Positions 52,520 through 56,269 of a stretch of DNA of 56,269 bases are shown here, in pieces. Positions within the stretch are counted from its first letter, which is position 1. The number at the start of each line of letters is the position of its first letter. The notes beneath the pieces were generated by a model. It saw nothing but the letters and a program-made list of their open reading frames with translations. It ran no database searches and was not told the origin of the DNA. This stretch comes from a virus. Its lineage: Duplodnaviria > Caudoviricetes. The stretch spans positions 1-56,269 of IMG/VR virus record IMGVR_UViG_3300016263_000241, one strand, 5' to 3'. Both the position numbers and the translations under genes were made by a program.

Positions 52520-52738
52520 ATGATCCGCTTTGAAAACTATAGCATTGACAGTGGCCCTAAGGGTGCCACGTTCGTCAACCACATCACAAATGAGGTCCGT
52601 AACTTCGCATTTGGCGATGAAGAGGGTGAGTTCTTCGACCTGATGGACCACATTGAAGACAACGACTGGGATGAGGAGAACGAGCCTTATTCGGTCGTCC
52701 TTGATCGCCTATGGGAGCGTACTGGCGATAAATCATGA
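52520..52738 (+). CDS. Hypothetical acidic protein
   Basis: GGGGG RBS; acidic C-terminal half. Confidence 0.55.
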   Translation: MIRFENYSIDSGPKGATFVNHITNEVRNFAFGDEEGEFFDLMDHIEDNDWDEENEPYSVVLDRLWERTGDKS

Positions 52739-52899
52739 CAGAGAAGCAAGAAAAGTTCCTGCGGTATCGGGAGAAGGCTCTTCCGATCCAGTTAGACAGA
52801 GCGCGCCGTAGGTATCACGCATTGGTGCGAGAAGCCCGGCGCATGAAGATGCACTCGCTGCTCACCAACAAAGAGATGGTTGGAAAAGAATATGACTAA
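52735..52899 (+). CDS. Hypothetical basic protein
   Basis: ATGA coupling; LPIQLDRARRRY; not in ORF track. Confidence 0.55.
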   Translation: MTEKQEKFLRYREKALPIQLDRARRRYHALVREARRMKMHSLLTNKEMVGKEYD

Positions 52900-53059
52900 A
52901 GAAGAGCGCATAGGAGATCTGGAGGCGGTCCTGCGAGACATCCTGCCTGCCTTGAGAGATTATCAGGAGATCGCTTTGGACAATGGCCACCCAGAATTTG
53001 TTGGGCGAGCAACGATAGCTTTGCATTTGGCTGAAAAGGTTTTGGGAGAAGCGAAATGA
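52892..53059 (+). CDS. Hypothetical protein
   Basis: MTKEERIGDLEAVLR..LGEAK; not in ORF track. Confidence 0.55.
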   Translation: MTKEERIGDLEAVLRDILPALRDYQEIALDNGHPEFVGRATIALHLAEKVLGEAK

Positions 53060-53250
53060 GCATACTGTCTACTGATGCAGAGGGAAGGGCAGCGATACGT
53101 CTTCAAAAACGTATCAGCGCAGCCATCAAGGAGGCTAAAACATCAGGCATGATGGATGTCTGTAAAAGCCTTAAAATCATTAAAGGCCAAGTGGATCGAA
53201 CTATCTTCTATATGGAGAAAAGTTACGCAGCGGAGAGGCAAAATGGCTGA
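53056..53250 (+). CDS. Hypothetical protein
   Basis: ATGA coupling, GGAG RBS. Confidence 0.55.
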   Translation: MSILSTDAEGRAAIRLQKRISAAIKEAKTSGMMDVCKSLKIIKGQVDRTIFYMEKSYAAERQNG

Positions 53251-53371
53251 CAATCTATTGGCGCTGGTCGTTCTGGTTATCGTTGGAACCACAGTCTGGC
53301 TTCTGGCGACCAATCAGGTGACACCAGAAGAGCGTGACGCGATGCTGCGTGATGAGGAGATGTGGCCGTGA
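53243..53371 (+). CDS. Small membrane protein
   Basis: GGAGAGG RBS; LLALVVLVIVGTTVWLL. Confidence 0.55.
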   Translation: MADNLLALVVLVIVGTTVWLLATNQVTPEERDAMLRDEEMWP

Positions 53372-53670
53372 CTGACGATGACAAGGCGCTGGTGGAGCGG
53401 CTGCGGGGCGACTGGCCTGAGATACTGGTCGAAAAGCACTGGATGATGGACAGCGATGCCATCGACAAACAACGCGAAGAAGCCGCAGACCGCATCGAAG
53501 CCCTAAGCAAAGAGAATGATCGGCTGCGTGAGGCGGGAAAGGATTTAGGGTTTTATGCTGGACATGACGATAGCTGCGACTGCGTGAAAGGTTGGGCAAA
53601 AGGCCCGTGCAACTGTGGATACACGGAAACTTGGAAGCAGTGGAGCGCAGCCTTGGGGGAAACGGAATGA
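53368..53670 (+). CDS. Hypothetical modular protein (EAADRIE..AALGETE)
   Basis: GAGGAG RBS; shared terminal modules. Confidence 0.65.
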   Translation: MTDDDKALVERLRGDWPEILVEKHWMMDSDAIDKQREEAADRIEALSKENDRLREAGKDLGFYAGHDDSCDCVKGWAKGPCNCGYTETWKQWSAALGETE

Positions 53671-53936
53671 CTGAGATTACACAGGCTGACCGGGATGCGG
53701 CGGCAAGAGCGTGGGCAGAGGACAACGACGAGCCATTGGATTGCCACATCTGCGAACAAATACGCGCAGGGTATGGCGATAATTCTTTGGATGTCATTCG
53801 CTTCGCCCGTCACCGCATGGAAGAACGCGCTGCGATTGTCGCGTGGCTGCGGGGCGATAGGATCGTGCTGAGTATGGACGGAAGCAAAGAGGATGTGGTG
53901 GCAAGCGCCATCGAAGCAGGGGAACATTTGAAATGA
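53667..53936 (+). CDS. Hypothetical modular protein (..AIEAGEHLK)
   Basis: ITQADRDAAA, FARHR, ERAAIVAWLR. Confidence 0.65.
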   Translation: MTEITQADRDAAARAWAEDNDEPLDCHICEQIRAGYGDNSLDVIRFARHRMEERAAIVAWLRGDRIVLSMDGSKEDVVASAIEAGEHLK

Positions 53937-54229
53937 AAAACTTTAACAATCTTATTGAGGCTCTTGAAGAACGCGCAGAGATTTTACGCTCAGAGAATGA
54001 AGCCGATTTGCTTTGGGTGCTGCTGGACGATGCGGCGGATGCCATCAAGGTGCTGACAGGAAAACAGCATCTTGACCGCCTTTTATCTCATGGAACAGCC
54101 GATCAGCTTACCGAAACTCTCGACCGCTTAGTATTTATCAACAATGTGATTGACCATGACGAAAACGTATCCGTTCAATGGATATATACCGAGATTGAAA
54201 ACCTTTTGTCGGGGGATCATTTGAAATGA
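53933..54229 (+). CDS. Hypothetical modular protein (..SGDHLK)
   Basis: ATGA coupling. Confidence 0.6.
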   Translation: MKNFNNLIEALEERAEILRSENEADLLWVLLDDAADAIKVLTGKQHLDRLLSHGTADQLTETLDRLVFINNVIDHDENVSVQWIYTEIENLLSGDHLK

Positions 54230-54516
54230 CCAACATTGAACAAAAGGCGCTGGAACTGGTGAATAGCACGTTCCTTGAACCTTATTATAAAGATTGGGCG
54301 GAAGTCCCCCAAGGTTGCCTGTCTAACGCGCTTATCCGCGCCATTGAGGAACGTGAAACCCTAAGCGCAGAGAACGAGCGGCTGCGTGAGTTGCTAGCCC
54401 GCAATATTAATGATGAGCCTTGCTGGCGTGACCATCACGGATACTGCCAAGCGCATTATCTGGAAACGGATTGTAGCGTATCCGCCGCCCGCGCAGCCTT
54501 GGGAGAAACGAAATGA
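54226..54516 (+). CDS. Hypothetical modular protein with CxxDHHGYCQAH motif (..AALGETK)
   Basis: ATGA coupling. Confidence 0.65.
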   Translation: MTNIEQKALELVNSTFLEPYYKDWAEVPQGCLSNALIRAIEERETLSAENERLRELLARNINDEPCWRDHHGYCQAHYLETDCSVSAARAALGETK

Positions 54517-54641
54517 GCAACCGCCCAGCATGGTATGGCGGGAACAAGATCCCCGACAGCTATCTCAAAAAGTTTCAGAAGAGCGTAGAGGATGAGGGCA
54601 TCCCCTATGACCTGCGCGTGTTTCTGGACAAACTGAAATGA
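54513..54641 (+). CDS. Small hypothetical protein
   Basis: ATGA coupling at both ends; not in ORF track. Confidence 0.45.
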   Translation: MSNRPAWYGGNKIPDSYLKKFQKSVEDEGIPYDLRVFLDKLK

Positions 54642-54817
54642 GCCCACAAGAGCGGATCACAGCCCTGCAAGACAGGGTGCGTATATGCTGGGAGATGGCA
54701 GGGGTCTTCCTGCAAGCCAAAGACGCACATGGCCTGCATGACATGGGGGTGGAAATCCAAGGTCTAAACTGGGCGATCAGGGAGCTCGAAGCCCTATCGA
54801 AAAAAAATGAAGTTTAG
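54638..54817 (+). CDS. Hypothetical protein
   Basis: KDAHGLHDMGVEIQ; not in ORF track. Confidence 0.55.
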   Translation: MSPQERITALQDRVRICWEMAGVFLQAKDAHGLHDMGVEIQGLNWAIRELEALSKKNEV

Positions 54818-54830
54818 TGCATTTTTCCTA

Positions 54831-54902
54831 TTGTAATGTGAATAAACATCGTTCAAAGAGAAATGGTCATCGGGGCTTCGGCCCCACAACTGGAGACTAA
54901 AC
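54831..54902 (+). promoter_or_regulatory. Early promoter region plus hairpin leader (copy D)
   Basis: AT-rich, TTGTAA; GGGGC-ttcg-GCCCC-ACA-act-GGAGAC. Confidence 0.55.
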
Positions 54903-55160
54903 GTGAGCTACTCAGCAGAATACATCGCCCGCTACCGCGCTATCGCTAAGGTTTACGTAACCGATTACCGCACGTCTAAGGAGACATGGGGCTTCGACAG
55001 TTTCCACACCGACACCGCGCGCATCTTGGCTCTGGGTCAGATCCAGTACGCCAAGAAGGTTGCAGGCAAGCATGTTACGTCACGCGATTATGCACCAGAG
55101 CGCACACGCCGTGCCGGGCTGAGCCGCATACTTGCGAAGGCGGATCGGAAGGCTGCATAA
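54903..55160 (+). CDS. Hypothetical early protein
   Basis: GGAGAC RBS, GTG start. Confidence 0.65.
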   Translation: MSYSAEYIARYRAIAKVYVTDYRTSKETWGFDSFHTDTARILALGQIQYAKKVAGKHVTSRDYAPERTRRAGLSRILAKADRKAA

Positions 55161-55738
55161 TGATCGTTTTCATAGACAAGATTGGTGATGACATCCCTGA
55201 TGGCGCAGACTACGCGATTTACCGCGTGGCCCGTCATGAGGCCATTGTGATCTCAAAGCAGCTAAATGGAAGCTGGGAACGCACCGGTCGTTTGTATGTC
55301 GATCTGCTGTGGCAGTTGGTAGATGGCTGGGAAGTCAACGGAAAGGCTGTCTGGGACTTAGACAATCAACGCTTCATTGCTGGCACAAAACGGCAGAAAT
55401 CCTTTATTCCTAAGCCTAAGCCTGTTATAGTTGAGGAGAAGCCTGAGCCAAAGAACAAGCCACAGGGGGATCGCAACGCAGAGATCTGGCGTCTCGCCCG
55501 AGAGCACGGGTTGATGTACAAGGACATTGGCAAGAAATTCGGTATCACTGGCGGTCGCGTTTACGGATTGCTCACAAGGTACGACAGGATGATCAAGAAC
55601 GCCGTCCACTGGGGGCACAGGTCAGATTGCAGCATCCGCCCAGACGTAATGAAGGCGCTGGATGGTGTGGAGATCGTGCATACCGTGGACCAGAAGCACT
55701 ATCTCGTTTTCCCTAATGGCAAAGAGTTTAAGGTTTAG
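55160..55738 (+). CDS. Protein with sigma70 region-4-like HTH
   Basis: RNAEIWRL..GLMYKDIGKKFGITGGRVYGLL. Confidence 0.7.
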   Translation: MIVFIDKIGDDIPDGADYAIYRVARHEAIVISKQLNGSWERTGRLYVDLLWQLVDGWEVNGKAVWDLDNQRFIAGTKRQKSFIPKPKPVIVEEKPEPKNKPQGDRNAEIWRLAREHGLMYKDIGKKFGITGGRVYGLLTRYDRMIKNAVHWGHRSDCSIRPDVMKALDGVEIVHTVDQKHYLVFPNGKEFKV

Positions 55739-55747
55739 GAGCACAAC

Positions 55748-56038
55748 ATGAAACGCTTAGACGTAGCCCAGAGGCTCAGAGAAGAAATTAAAGAGGAAGA
55801 TCGCTTGGCCACCCTTCACGTAATGATAGAGGGTCAGATCAACGCATTAGAGCGATTGATGGAAACCAACGCAACTCATGTGAAAGATCCCGGCGCATGG
55901 AACATCCTTGCTGGGTACATGGATCAATTGCGCTTTTGGGCACCGCGTGTGTTCTATACCTCAGAGGTTAACGCAGACTTTGCTGAGAAACAGGAGGGCG
56001 TCCCTGCTCACCCGATGTTTGGCAAATTCTACGATTAA
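55748..56038 (+). CDS. Hypothetical protein
   Basis: AGGAG RBS. Confidence 0.65.
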   Translation: MKRLDVAQRLREEIKEEDRLATLHVMIEGQINALERLMETNATHVKDPGAWNILAGYMDQLRFWAPRVFYTSEVNADFAEKQEGVPAHPMFGKFYD

Positions 56039-56184
56039 GCTTCCGTAGCACCACAAGACAGCGTATAACCCTAAGTGGAAGTCCGCCCGCTGGCATATCG
56101 GGTTCAACATATGCCATTTGCATTGACGGGGTCGAGGAGTGATCCACTTCGACTTAAACAAGAGGGAGACAATTCCGCCCGCCA

Positions 56185-56213
56185 TTGCATCTAACGCGGC
56201 CTCACGCTACATA
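56185..56213 (+). promoter_or_regulatory. Putative promoter for next (late?) gene
   Basis: TTGCAT-N17-TACATA. Confidence 0.4.
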
Positions 56214-56251
56214 TGCCCTATCGGAAGCCCTGTCCCGATGCGGAGCAAGCG

Positions 56252-56269
56252 ATGAGTAAAGAACCCAAG
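56252..56269 (+). CDS. 5' end of a gene cut by the window edge (MSKEPK), possibly the terminase small subunit
   Basis: GGAG RBS and ATG; identity is positional inference only. Confidence 0.3.

Noticed and set aside
46211-54853. Shared AACGATGT in the spacers of two promoters (46220; reverse at 54846) as a Cro operator
   Set aside because: Only 8 bp in two copies and absent from the other promoters; too weak
56039-56250. Possible tRNA (GGTTCAA present)
   Set aside because: No cloverleaf, acceptor stem or D-arm could be built

Overview
Near-complete (about 56 kb) genome of a tailed dsDNA phage. It is podovirus-like, with no tape measure, sheath or long tail tube, and it encodes ejection proteins. 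The host is probably an alphaproteobacterium, based on a GapR homologue and sphingomonad/caulobacter-style TonB-box peptides. The + strand from 1.1 to 42.2 kb is the late/virion arm: terminase, portal, GroES-like co-chaperonin, scaffold, capsid, decorations, tail fibres, three 2OG-Fe(II) oxygenases beside a Gly/Pro-rich adhesin, a ferritin-like gene, an exported-protein block plus GH19 endolysin, tail adaptor/nozzle, and seven internal or ejected proteins. From 42.1 to 46.1 kb on the - strand lie early and recombination genes (ERF, YqaJ exonuclease, NinB, GapR, SSB). From 46.2 to 56.2 kb on the + strand lie Cro-like, lambdoid replication and many small early genes. No integrase, DNA polymerase, tRNA or CRISPR array was seen. 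Bases 1-1130 look like a foreign segment joined inside the terminase intein, probably a chimeric junction. The most striking observations are: (1) an ejection protein with five regularly spaced TonB-box-like motifs, suggesting TonB-powered, colicin-like import of the ejectosome; (2) a terminase intein whose Zn-ribbon endonuclease-like ORF is in a different reading frame; (3) a compact double-pseudoknot RNA candidate after the capsid gene; (4) shared short peptide tags (aromatic/Met-x-x-GG and L/F-S-V-K) on internal proteins; (5) a glycosylase-like injected effector overlapped antisense by a small early gene; (6) a repeated hairpin-ACA-GGAGAC leader on early promoters. All family assignments come from motif recognition by eye, with no database searches.
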